From: Octopus vulgaris
Taxonomy: Eukaryota
Direction: 5' to 3'
DNA: 64,000 nt
Assembly: GCA_951406725.2 (NCBI GenBank)
Contig: OX597838.1
Coordinates: 23,436,001 to 23,500,000 of the forward strand
The translations under genes were made by a program, and so were the position numbers. The stretch's first letter is position 1. Every line of letters begins with the position of its first letter. Positions 1-28,233 of the stretch are shown piece by piece. The notes under the pieces were generated by a model. It was not told the DNA's origin, made no database searches, and was given only the letters and a program-made list of their open reading frames with translations.

Positions 1-66
1 GCTACACTGATGAGGTCAGAATAACACCAAAACATGTCCCAAAAAGATAAAAGCATGATATTAACC

Positions 67-166
67 NNNNNNNNNNNNNNNNNNNNNNNNNNNNNNNNNN
101 NNNNNNNNNNNNNNNNNNNNNNNNNNNNNNNNNNNNNNNNNNNNNNNNNNNNNNNNNNNNNNNNNN
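67..166. other. Assembly gap (100 N)
   Basis: Run of n. Confidence 1.
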
Positions 167-383
167 CTCACCTTCTTCTGTCTCCTCCCTCGCACCTTCT
201 CCTGTCTCCTCCCTCGCACCTTCTCCTGTCTCCTCCCTCTCACCTTCTTCTGTCTCCTCCCTCGCACCTTCTCTTGTTTCCTCCCTCTCACCTTCTTCTG
301 TCTCCTCCCTCGCACCTTCTCTTGTCTCCTCCCTCGCACCTTCTCTTGTTTCCTCCCTTGCACCTTCTCCTGTCTCCTCCCTC
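167..383. repeat. 24-bp minisatellite (ctcRcaccttctYYtgtYtcctcc), about 9 copies, abutting the gap
   Basis: Visible periodicity; explains the REETGEGA / HLLLSPPS pseudo-ORFs. Confidence 0.92.
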
Positions 384-977
384 ATCTTTATGCTTCCTTC
401 CCTTCTCTCTCTAAGATCCTATCTTTATTATAAATTAATGTATTTATTACTTGTTTCATGTAAATCAAATTGATGTATTGTGGTGGTCACCTATAAAGAT
501 GCAGTTATGCTTATTTCAGTAGTACAGAACAACCATTTAATATTGATTTCAAACTTTGGCATAAAGCCAGCAATTTGACCCCAGTTTCAACTGGTCCTTA
601 TTTTAACAACCCTAAAAGGATAAGTCGACCGTAGCAGACCTTGAACTCAGAATGTAAAGACAGATGAAATGCTGCTAAGGATTTCAACCTGTGTGGTAAC
701 ACTTCTACCAGCTCACTGCCTTCAATGACCATTTAATATCAAATGATATTTAGGGCCAAAGTGGGGTGAGCTGGCAGAATTGTTAGCATGCCGGACGAAA
801 TGCTTAGCGACATTCTGTCCCTCTTTATGCTTTCAGTTCATCAAGGTCAGCTTCGCCTTCTTTCATCCTTTTGGGGTCGATAAAATAAGTACCAGTTGAG
901 CACTGGGGTTGATGTAACTGACTTAGGTCAACCACTGAACTTATTGACCTTGTGCCAAAATTTAAAAACAGTATTAA

Positions 978-1188
978 CCCTTTCGTTACCAACCCGGCTC
1001 TGACACTGTAGTACAAATGTCTTGTTTTCATAAGTTTTTCATTAAAATCTTCCACCAAACCTTAGTTGCAATTTATGTTCTTAACACTAGCTTAATGATA
1101 ATTGAATTATTTTACTAAATTCTTTGTTATATTTAAAATAATTGAAAGAAACACAGAGCATCTCAAAATAAATACAGTAACGAAAGGG
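978..1188. mobile_element. TTAA-flanked MITE (piggyBac-like ends), family 1
   Basis: ttaa|ccctttcgttac ... gtaacgaaaggg|ttaa. Related copies at 52112-52328 and 46265-46852 (interrupted); partial at about 31560-31670. Confidence 0.8.
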
Positions 1189-1532
1189 TTAAATTCTATT
1201 TAGGGCTTAAGCAAAATTAATTTAAATGTGGAATGGCTTTGGAACGAAAATTGAAATCTTCAAATGGTTCCATGAAGATTTCATCTAAGAATCTAAAAAT
1301 GCAAGTGTGAATCAGATCAACACTGATTCTGAAGTTTAAATTTTTCTTACATATGACTAACCTTTCTGTTGGCAGGGCAGTGTGGCTTATGCGAAGGCCA
1401 TCCAGAAAATTGGACTGCTTTCTGAAAAAGAATGCGATCTCATCGTTGAAGGACTTCACAAGGTTAGTAAACTGCATAGTCACTCTCTACCTAATTTGAG
1501 GAGTCTTTTGGGGTTTTATTCTAATCTCTGAT

Positions 1533-2023
1533 CATCATCATCATTGTTCGACCGTGGTCGAGACAATGGAATTTACTATGTTACGCCAGACTTCACGGTC
1601 CATCATAGCATTACGGAGGTCCTGTTGCTGGATGCCTGTATCCCTGGAGATTACATCAGGGTAGGAGAGTGTGCGCCCTCTGGTATTGCGAGTAGATGGC
1701 TTCCAGAGGAGAAGAGTAGAAATTACTTCTTTTTCAGCTCTACAACAATGTCCAGCAAACTGGACTCTCCTACCTTTCACAAGAGATGACACAGGTGGTA
1801 ATTTCCCATATATTTGCATTTTGGTTGGATGGCGCTTCCACGAGAGATTTTGAGCTCTCATAAGGAGGCGAGTGTAGGTTCCATCCAACCGCCTCTCAAG
1901 CTTCTTTGATAACGTCCAGGTTTCTGAGCCATATAGTAGAATTGGTTCGACTGTGGCTTTGAATATTTCAAGTTTGAAGTCTCTACTTAGATTTGATGAC
2001 CAGATCTTATGCATGTCATTACT
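1533..2023 (-). mobile_element. 5'-truncated RTE-clade LINE 3' fragment with (TGA)n tail
   Basis: ORF 1541..2014 has LLYGSETWTL and RRVQFAGHC (RT C-terminal/thumb region); flanked by atctctgat direct repeats at 1524-1532 and 2024-2032 (TSD). Confidence 0.88.
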
Positions 2024-2404
2024 ATCTCTGATAGCTTAGTCAGAGGAAGAACAGTAGTGCTTATAACTCCTTTTGGGGCCCTCTGAAACTGGTGGTAGAT
2101 CTTATGCATGTCATTACTATCTCTGATAGCTTAGTCAGAGGAAGAACAGTAGTGCTTATAACTCCTTTTGGGGCCCTCTGAAACTGGTGGTAGAAAGAGT
2201 GGTAGTTATCTCCTCAAACTAGAGACCTGACTTGAAAGCATGCACCAAAAGGACCAGGTGGGGGTTGTGAAACTGGACAATGGATGCAGTCTGCCACCCC
2301 AAAACATGATCGGTCCCTTTGGTGGGCTTCTACATAGTTTCCTCTTGGACCCTTTGTCATTCAGATTACTCTGTCAAATGTGATGTTTGTTTATTTACAT
2401 GTCA

Positions 2405-2615
2405 GCATGGAAGGTGTTTATAAACCATTTAAAAACACACAAAAACCGTTAGATTATCTTCAACATTTAAATTTAAATTAACAAATTTAAATGTTGAAGT
2501 GAATCTAACGGTTTTTGTGTGTTTTTAAATGGCTTATAAACACCTTCTATGCTGCAATTGTTTTTGTTTGAGCACACAATCTCAGATCAAGTCACTTGCT
2601 ATGCAAGTACATCTT
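2405..2615. mobile_element. Foldback/MITE-derived repeat with about 70-bp inverted arms
   Basis: gcatggaaggtgtttataa.ccatttaaaaacacacaaaaaccgttagatt is mirrored at about 2485-2552; a related single-arm copy lies at about 12945-13090. Confidence 0.75.
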
Positions 2616-3580
2616 CTTAATATATTTACATTGTTTTTAATTAATCATGTGTTATTTATCTCATAGTTTTGAGATTTCAGTGTTGTGATTGTTTTTCGAA
2701 TGATATTGTAGGGTAGGTGTGAGAGGCTGGATCTGTCCAGTGTTAACATAAAACAGGTAAAATATTTTGAACTAGATTAGGTCAGTTTAAACACTAAAGG
2801 TTTAATGAAAGTAGTTAAATTGCTAAGTCATGCAAAGGGCAAAGGTGAAATGAAAGGTGTGAGGAGCCAAGAGACTTGTAAAATAATTCAACATTTTAGT
2901 TCTTTTTAGATATTGCTTACAGAATGAAATGTTGAACATGCTGGCTTGACAGAGTTATTCAGTGAAGTTTGAAACCCTTTTTCAAAGAGTTGTGTGTGTG
3001 TTTGTTGTGTGACAGGCACATGGCTAAACATAGAGGGGACAAACAAAGGGATTAAGTCGGTTAGATCAACCCCAGTGCATACCTGGTATTTATAGAATGC
3101 GGACGTTAAGCGATGATGATGATGAAGACCCCGGAAAGGATGAAAGGCAGAGTCGACCTCGATGGAATTTGAACTCAGAACGTAACAGCAAACAAAATAC
3201 CTATTTCTTTACTACCCACAAGGGGCTAAACACAGAGGGGACAAACAAGGACAGACGAATGGATTAAGTCAATTACATCGATGCCAGTGTGTAACTGGTG
3301 CTTAATTTATCGACCTCGAAAGGATGAAAGGTAAAATCGACCTCGGCAGAATTTGAACTCAGAACGTAACTGCAGACGAAATACTGCAAAGCATTTCGCC
3401 CAGTGTGCTAACATTTCTGCCAGCTTGCCACCCTAAAATGATGGCAGCATAGAAATAATGCAATCTCTGTATTGAGAGAGAGAGAGAGATTATTAAGATT
3501 TGTCAAGTGAACTCAACAGAAATTAAGGGATGTATGTGATGTGTTTATTAGAGAAAGGCTTCTACCTTTGCATCCCTTAG

Positions 3581-3790
3581 GTGGTGTGTCTGGAAAAGCC
3601 CAACATCTCCCTAAGGACCAAGATCTGTCTTTTCTGCACTCTGGTTCTGCCTGTCCTCCTCCACAGCTCTGAGACCCGGACCATCCTCAAACAGGACCTG
3701 AACAAGCTCAAGGTGTTCCAAATGCGGTGTCTTTGTCAAATCCTTTCTGTCTCATTACATGCCATGGATTGGAAAGCGTGGAATAACATC
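3581..3790 (+). mobile_element. Degenerate LINE (RTE-like) RT C-terminal fragment
   Basis: ISLRTKI.LF.TLVLPVLL..SET.T......KL.VFQMRCL..IL motif. Confidence 0.75.
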
Positions 3791-4139
3791 ATTGCCAGAG
3801 ATTGTCATCCCGCAGCAACCACAGCAGTGTATTGGCTGCGAGGATAGCCTCCCCCTCTGGTTGCCAGCTAGGGATTTGACTTTACTAGAGAGAGGGATAA
3901 TGTGAAAGGTGAAAGAGAGGGACAGTGTGAAAGGTGAGAAATCATCTTGTACCTCATAGTCTTTCAGACATAGTGACCAGTACAGTGGTTAGACATGTGT
4001 TCATTGAAGGTTGTAAACAAATAAACGGCACCATTTATGTGACATTTTTACAGTTAGCATGCAATATCAAGATAAGAAGACATGGACACAAAGACACACA
4101 CACGTGTATGTGTAGGTACCTGTATACATCTGTATGTAC

Positions 4140-4545
4140 AGGTGCAGGAGTGGCTGTGTGGTAAGTAGCTTGCTTACCAACCATATGGTTCCGGTTTCAG
4201 TCCCACTGCGTGGCACCTTGGGCAAGTGTCTTCTACTATAGCCTCAAGCTGACCAAAGCCTTGTGAGTGGATTTGGTAGACGGAAACTGAAAGAAGCCCG
4301 TCGTATATATGTATATATATATATGTGTATGTGTGTGTATATGCTTGTGTGTCTGTGTTTGTCCTCCCAACATCGCTTGACAACCGATGGTGGTGTGTTA
4401 ACATCACCGTAACTTAGCGGTTTTGCAAAAGAGACCGAAAGAATAAGTACTAGGCTTACAAAGAATAAGTCCTGGGGTCGATTTGCTCGACTAAAGGTGC
4501 TCCACCATGGCTGCAGTCAAATGACTGAAACAAGTAAAAGAGAGT
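4140..4545 (+). mobile_element. tRNA-head SINE family A (internal (TA)n/(TG)n, gtaaaaga tail)
   Basis: A-box tggctgtgtggtaag and B-box ggttcagtccc; highly repeated in the window. Confidence 0.88.
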
Positions 4546-5644
4546 ATGTCCTGGGTCTGGCTTTAAATTGCACCTGGTAACAGGGCCCTGGTTTGGGGGT
4601 TAGAGGATTCTGAGCAGTGGAAACACCTTTAAGCCACTATTTGTTACCAAGTCTATTCTGATCCAGAGTTGTAGCACCTGTCAGGGTCACAGCTATGGGT
4701 TAACTAGCATATTGACAACCAGGAGTGAAGGACCCCTTGTTCTTGTTAGAACTTTGTTCCAGGAGAAGGTAAACTCATATAAAAAAAAATCTTTTTTTTA
4801 AACCTGAAGCCAAGTCAGTTTTTGATTGTCTCAGTTTCCCTCATGCCTCTCATGTTATAACTGTTTGCGCTAAAAAGTGGGTTCAGTGCTGTAAAACACT
4901 TTATTCACTTGAAATAAATTCATGCACAGGAACTTCTTGGACCCTTGATTAAGAAGAAGTGGCTTTACGTAGTCACAAATTGACTTCTGTGCCTCCTCAT
5001 CTCCACCCCCCCCCCCAACACACTATACAATGGGTTTGGGCATCTTTCATTTTCTCTCTGTCAAATTCTCTCACAAGGCTTCGGTTGACTGAAGGCTATA
5101 GTAGAAGACACTTGCTTAAGGAGCCACACAGTGTGGGACGGAACCCGGAACCTCCTGATTATAAAGTGAACTTTGGAACCATACAACCACACCTGTGTCG
5201 TGAAACAAAAACACTTAGAAATTTAAATAATAGGTGCAGGTGAGGCAAGAAACTTACTTCCCAACCACATGGTTCCAGGTTCAGTCCCTCTGCATGATAC
5301 CATGGGTAAGTGCTTTCTATAGCCTCAGACTGACCAAAGCCTTGTGAATGGTTGTGGCAAATGGAAACTGAAAGAAGCCCATTGTATATAAGTTTTTGTG
5401 TGTGTTTTCTTGTCTGTTTTTGTCCCCCACCTCTTGGTAACTGGTGTTGGTGTGTTTACATCCCTGTAACTTGGTGGTTCAGAAGAAGAGATTGATAGAA
5501 TAAGTACCAAGTTTTAAAAAAAAATGTACTGTGGTTGATACATACGACTAAAAGTCTTCAAGGCGGTGCCCCAACATGGCCACAGTCTAATGACTGAAAC
5601 AAGGAAAAGATATAAAAAAAAATCTATTGTGTTTTGTTTTCCAG

Positions 5645-22039
<16,395 letters not shown>

Positions 22040-22267
22040 AGTTATTGAACTCACCCTGTGCGCTCCACCCCACCCTCGCCTCCTTCTCCATTTTAAATTC
22101 GTCCATGGAAGTTTTGTCAAAATTCATTATGAAAAACGATTAGAATTTTTTTTTTTTTTTAAATTACAATTAAGAGTAAATTTTTAAATTCATTATACTG
22201 TCCTTGCAAAAAAAAAAAATCTTCCATAAATATTTTTTTTTTTTTTCCTTTGAAAATATTTGAGAGA

Positions 22268-22273
22268 AATAAA
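22268..22273 (+). terminator. Candidate polyadenylation signal of ASL
   Basis: AATAAA about 230 nt after the stop codon, followed by T/GT-rich sequence. Confidence 0.55.
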
Positions 22274-22724
22274 GTATTTTGTAGCTCTATTATGTGTTTG
22301 TCATCATCATAATTTAACATCTGTTTTCTATGCAAGAATGAGTTGGGCAGCTTGACAGAAAATGGCAAGGCCAGGAGCTGCACCAGGTCTCAATAGTCTG
22401 TTTTGGTTTGGTATCTGGGGCTGGATGCCCTTTCTAACACCAACCACTTTGCAGAGTGTTCTGGGTGCTTTTAACATGGTACCAGCACCAGTACAGTTTC
22501 TGTGGCACCAGCACCCACACCAATGCTTTTTATGTGGCACCTTGGTCTTAAGCTCTCTATTCTGTACAGGTGGGCGGGCCTTCTTCAGTACAGCAATGTG
22601 CCACGTCTCAGTCCTCTGTCATCCCCTTCATAAGGTTCAGCGTTTTGGGAAATGAGCCTGTCAGATTCTTTTATCCAAGAATGTTTAAATTTATGCTGTT
22701 TGAGACTACACAGAAACTGGTAAA

Positions 22725-22953
22725 GGCGGCGAGCTGGCAGAAACGTTAGCACGCCGGGCGAAATGCTTAGCGATATTTCGTCAGTCTTTACATTCTGAGT
22801 TCAAATTCCGCCGAGGTCAACTTTGCCTTTCATCCTTTCGGGGTCAATAAATTAAGTACCAGTTGCACACTGGGGTCAATGTAATCGACTTAATCCCTTT
22901 GTCTATCCTTGTTTGTCCCCTCTATGTTTAGCCCCTTGTGAGCAATAAAGAAA
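22725..22953 (+). mobile_element. tRNA-head SINE family B with a Nin/Deu-like central domain
   Basis: ggcggcgagctggcagaa...gagttcaaattcc head; gcctttcatcctttcggggtc.ataaattaagtaccag domain; aataaagaaata tail. Other copies at about 570-720(-), 763-965(+), 3015-3433(-), 7500-7670(-), 11377-11580(+), 27370-27535(-), 38982-39175(-) and 44470-44830(-). Confidence 0.85.
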
Positions 22954-23043
22954 TAAAAAACTGGTTAAAACATACTTTCAGAACTTCACATATACTGGTG
23001 ACCACTCAGAAATCAAAATATCAAAGCTACAAATCCTCAACTC

Positions 23044-23370
23044 GTGGCTGTGTGGTAAGTAGCTTGCTTACCAACCACATGGTTCCAGGTTCAGTCCCAC
23101 TGCATAGCACCTTGGGCATATGTCTTCTACTATAGCCTTGGGCCGACCAAAGCCTTGTGAGTGGATTTGGTAGACAGAAACTGAAAGTAGTCCGTTGTGT
23201 ATATATTATATATATGTATGTGTATGTGTCTATGTAACTTAGCAGTTCGGCAAAAGCGACCAATAGAATAAGTACTAGGCTTACAAAGAATAAGTCCTGA
23301 GGTCGATTTGCTTGACTAAATGCGGTGCTCCAGCATGGCTACAGTCAAATGACTAAAACGGGTAAAAGAG
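23044..23370 (+). mobile_element. SINE family A copy
   Basis: Match with an internal deletion. Confidence 0.83.
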
Positions 23371-24216
23371 AAATAAGATGTTATAATTGCCATTGTTAGT
23401 TAGTTAGTCTCAGATTATCCTAGTTTGAGAAAACCTTTGAAGTTAGTTCGTTAGCTAAAAACTAGTTAGTTAAGATATTTACCTCATCAATCATACAACA
23501 TCTGTTCTCCACTAATCACCATGTTCAATCATTCATCTTCAGAACATCGACTTTAAGGTGTTCTCTCCTCAAACATTGTTTTTGTTGCAGACATCGACTC
23601 GAGTATATTCAGCCACATTTAGTTTGCACATCTCTCCTATCATAGTGCCTTCCACATGATATAACCATTTAAAATAGAAATAAATTGTGTGAAATTTTAG
23701 CACAAAGTCAGCAAAATTAGCAGGAAGGGGATAATCGATTACACTGACCACTGTACCTGACCGGTACTTTGTTTTATTATAGAAATTTTGTAAGACGGAA
23801 AAGCAAAGTTGACCATACCAGGATTTAAACTCAGAATGCAAAGAACTGAAAGAAATGTTAAGATTTTTTCTGGTACACTAATGGTTCTGTTTGCTTACTA
23901 CCCTAATAATAATAATCCTTTCTACTCTAGGTACAAGCAGGGCTGTGGAGTCAAAACAAAAAACTTCCACTCCGACTCCTCTACAATTGGCACCTCCAAC
24001 TCCCCTTTATGTAATTGAGTGATTGTGGTCTACACATCTCATAAAGCATAGGCGTAGGAGTGGCTGTGTGGTAAGTAGCTTGCTTATGAACCACATAGTT
24101 CCAGGTTCAGTCCCACTGTGTGGCACCTTGGGCAAGTGTCTTCTACTATAGTCTCGGGCTGACCAAAGCCTTGTGAGTGGATTTGGTAGACGGAAACTGA
24201 AAGAAACCCGTCGTAC

Positions 24217-24274
<58 letters not shown>

Positions 24275-24337
24275 GTATGTTTGTGTGTCTGTGTTTGTCC
24301 CAACAAAAAATATAAGTCTCCCAACTATGTTCTACAC

Positions 24338-24516
24338 CAGTGCTTTTCAACATTTTTGCTGGAGCGGAACCCCAAGGAAACATTCCACTGGCTCGAGGAA
24401 CCCCTGTGCAATAATTTAATAGTCTTATGCACACATATTTGCACAGGAGAATTAAAAATTACTGCCGATTTTAGCAGTTTTGTAACTTCTTGCGGAACCC
24501 CGGTTGAAAACCACTG
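24338..24516. mobile_element. hAT-type MITE
   Basis: TIR cagtg.ttttcaac; 8-bp TSD ttctacac on both sides. Confidence 0.88.
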
Positions 24517-24744
24517 TTCTACACACTATACAGTGGTGAATGTGTGTCCCTAAAATATTTAATGCAGCCTTTAGTCATTAGCCCATAAAGCACAGGGGTT
24601 TGCACTCACATAGCATGGATAGCTGATCACATTTTATGAAAATGAGACTACCAAGCACACACAAAAAATTAAAAAATGGTTAAAATATCTTCTTAGTATA
24701 TAATGGTGGCAAGTTTGACATCATCTGAAAAGTCATTAGTTGAA

Positions 24745-24983
24745 CTATGAAAAAAGCCCTGGTCGGTCGCCATTTTGCCAGTGACAATGACTTCATAGAC
24801 GCTGTAGGAAGTGTCTTGGAGTCTCAAACAAATGAGTTCCTCTACACCGGGATAATGGCCCTTCAGCAACGCTGAAGAAAGTGTTCAGCCATCGAGGGGG
24901 ACTATGTTGAAAAATATATCATCAGAAGTCTTGTACTATGTTTTGTTTTTCTGAGGCTCAAAACTCTTCATACACCCCTCATA
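24745..24983 (+). mobile_element. Mariner transposase C-terminal relic
   Basis: YTGIMALQQR*RKCSAIEGDYVEK resembles the mariner end (RW.KC...GDYVEK). Confidence 0.7.
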
Positions 24984-25939
24984 TTAATCCTCTTGCATTC
25001 CGGGGTTGTGGGTGGGGGTGTCGGAGCATTTGAGTGGCATTAGACCCCAACAAACGCCCATAGATTAAATGCATCTATCTGGGCCACGATCATGGCCCAT
25101 TGCACTTTGTGGTAGCTCTAGAGTTGTGCCCTCCCATATAATTTTGAACAACAGGTACTAAAAGGGAACCTGTGGAAGAGGTAGACCCACGAAGACACTG
25201 GACAAGGTGGTGAAAATATGATCTTCAGATGTTGAGTTTCATGGAAGCAATGACAAGTAAATGGTAATTTGCTGTGATTGAGAAGATATGTCAAGCTAAG
25301 GGAAATTGTAGTCATGTGTGGAGTGGTTGGTTTTAGGAAGGGCATCAAGCCATAGAAACCAAGCCAAAACAGATGGCTGAAGCCTGATGCATCTCTCCAA
25401 CTTACCAGCCTCAGTCAAACCATCTAACCCATGCCAGCATGGAAAACAGACGTTAAGCGAGGAGGTAATGGTAACTGAGCAGTAATTTATACTAAACACC
25501 AGAGATTCAGTTTGATTATATATAATGCAGCTGTATATAATAACCATTTAATACTTGAATTACTAGCTGCCTTGTTGCTCCGGTTGTTGAAGGCTGGAGA
25601 CATGCCAAGGAGTTCCAAGCCGCTGCCAGAAACCAAACTCTTTTGGCTGGGAACAATAATTAAATTGAATACGTACGTTTATATTGGTGTAAATATAACC
25701 AGACTTGCTGTTGCACCGTTTTTTTTTTTCATTGATGTATATATTTCAGAAATATATTTTCTATTTCCCATTTCTCAGCTAAAGTTACTACCCTAATATT
25801 ACGTCTTTTTATGTACGAAATATAATGTCTATTGCTGTAGTATAGTTCGGTGCTCCGTAACCTTTTTTCACCTGCAGTACACTTATATTCTTTTCAAAAT
25901 TTGGCTGCACACCTGAACTAAGAATATAGCTAAAAGTTT

Positions 25940-26436
25940 ACTCTTTTACTTGTTTCAGTCATGTAACTGTGGCCATGCTGGAGCACCACCTTTAGTTGAG
26001 CAAATCGATATCAGGACTTATTCTATGTAAGCCTAGTACTTATTTTATCGGTCTCTTTTGCCAAACTGCTAAGTTACGGGGATGTAAACACACCAGCATC
26101 GGTTGTCAAGCGATGTTGGGAGACAAACACAGAACCATAAACACACACACAAATATATATATATAAGACTGGAGCCTGGTGCAGCCTTCTGGCTTCCCAG
26201 ATCCCCGGTCGAACCGTCCAACCCATGCTAGCATGGAGAACGGACGTTAAACGATGATGATGATGATGATATATACATACTTATATACGACAGGCTTCTT
26301 TCAGTTTCCGTCTACCAAATCCACTCACAAGGCTTTGTGAGTGGATATAGTAGAAGACACTTGCCCAACGTGCCACACAGTGAGACTGAACCCAGAACCA
26401 TGTGGCTGGTAAGCAAGCTACTTACCACACAGCCAC
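25940..26436 (-). mobile_element. SINE family A copy with a nested LINE-tail insertion (about 26168-26270)
   Basis: Family A body interrupted inside its microsatellite by ...ccatgctagcatgg...(gat)n. Confidence 0.83.
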
Positions 26437-27850
26437 TATTCGGGTTACACTGGTTGCAGAGCACTGGTATAGTTTGGCAAGTGCAAAGTGGAAAATTCTT
26501 GTCCACTGAATCACTTTTGTAACTTTGTGCGAATTACAAATATTTCTACTGTGTGCGTATCCCCCCACTGGTAGTTTGTCATAAGACTGTACCACAGTTG
26601 GAAGTCACCTTAAATGATGTTTTGTCAGTCATATCAACCCCAGAAATTAGCATGATCGCTGCCAGAGCAGCTGACTGGTTTCCATGCCAGTGGCACGTAA
26701 AAGGCACCATTAAAATGTAATCGTTACCAGCGTCACCTTACTGGCACGTGAAAAACATTTGAGTGACGTCATTGCCACTGCTGCTGGACTGGCTCCTGTA
26801 CAGGTGGCACGTAAAATACACCACTTGAGTGTGGCCGTTGCCAGTACCACCTGACTGGCCCTCGTACCGGTGGCATGTAAAAGCACCCACTACACTCTCG
26901 GAGTGGTTGGCATTAGGAAGGGCATCTAGCTGTAGAAACCATGCCAGATCAGATTGGAGCCTGGTGCAGCCATCTGGTTCGCCAGTCCTCAGTCAAATCG
27001 TCCAACCCATGCTAGCATGGAAAGCGGACGTTAAACGATGATGATAATGATGACTTCAGCTAAGTACTTTGTACTTTATTAATCTCAATTAAACAGTGAA
27101 ATTGCAGTTTGAGGTGAAGGGACACAACTCTATGCATATATGTGTAGTGGACCAAACGTTATGCACAACATTCAACATTATTGGTGCATATACACACACA
27201 CATTCACAATAAGACCCAGCAGATTTCTCCAACCAGATTCAAATCCTTCTCACAAAGAACTGGCCAAGCTGACATTTGCCAAAAATACTGTGCAGTGACA
27301 TCAAAGCTAAAGCCACAGGGATTCAAAGCCAAGCTAAACACACAGCAATGCCTACATCTGTACAAAATATTTATTTATTTATTGCCCACAGGGCGCTAAA
27401 CATAGAGGGGACAAACAAGGACAGACAAAGGGATTAAGTCAATTACATCAACTCCTGAGCATAACCAGTACTTATTTAATCGACCCTGAAAGGATGAAAG
27501 GCAAAGTCGACCTCGGTGGAATTTGAACTCAGAACACAACAATACAGACCATTATCAACATCCTCACAATAAACATTGTTTTAACAAGTTTCTCTTATTA
27601 TTCAAAAGATTAAACAACAAAAACATACATTCAAGTCTCTTGATACATACCTGTCCGAGATGGACCTTGATTCTCTGATGCAAACGTCCTGTTCACTTAG
27701 GCTCTTCACTCCCTATGGGGCACAGGCCACTCTGGCTTTTCTCCAATGTTATCAACTCGGGGCCATCTTTTCTGCTTCTCTCCAGTTAGATTGCTGCTCT
27801 TTCTGCTCTACTTCAGTATTTCCAGGTCTTCTTTCCTGCCTCCCTTGTCG

Positions 27851-28233
27851 CAGGCGTAGGAGTGGCTGTGTGGTAAGTAGCTTGCTTACGGACCACATGG
27901 CTCCGGGTTCAGTCCCACTGCATGGCACCTTGGGCAAGTGTCTTCTACTATAGCCTCGGGCCAACCAAAGCCTTGAGAGTGGATTTGGTAGATGGAAACT
28001 GAAAGAAGCCTGTCATATATATATGTATGTGTGTGTATATGTTTGTGTCTGTGTTCGTCCCCCCAACATTGCTTGACAACTGATGCTGGTGGGTTTACGT
28101 CCCCATAACTTAGTGGTTCGGCAAAAGAGACCAATAGAATAAGTGCTAGGCTTAGAAAGAATAAATCCTAGGGTCGATTTGCTTGACTAAAGGTAGTGCT
28201 CCAGCATGGCCAGAGTCAAATGACTGAAACAAG
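27851..28233 (+). mobile_element. SINE family A copy
   Basis: Full-length match. Confidence 0.87.

Noticed and set aside
2-414. Three long ORFs with repetitive peptides
   Set aside because: They are readings of a stop-free 24-bp minisatellite across an N gap.
27645-27690. Minus-strand CAG|GTATGT donor suggesting a small exon
   Set aside because: No polypyrimidine tract at the matching acceptor and no partner exons identified.
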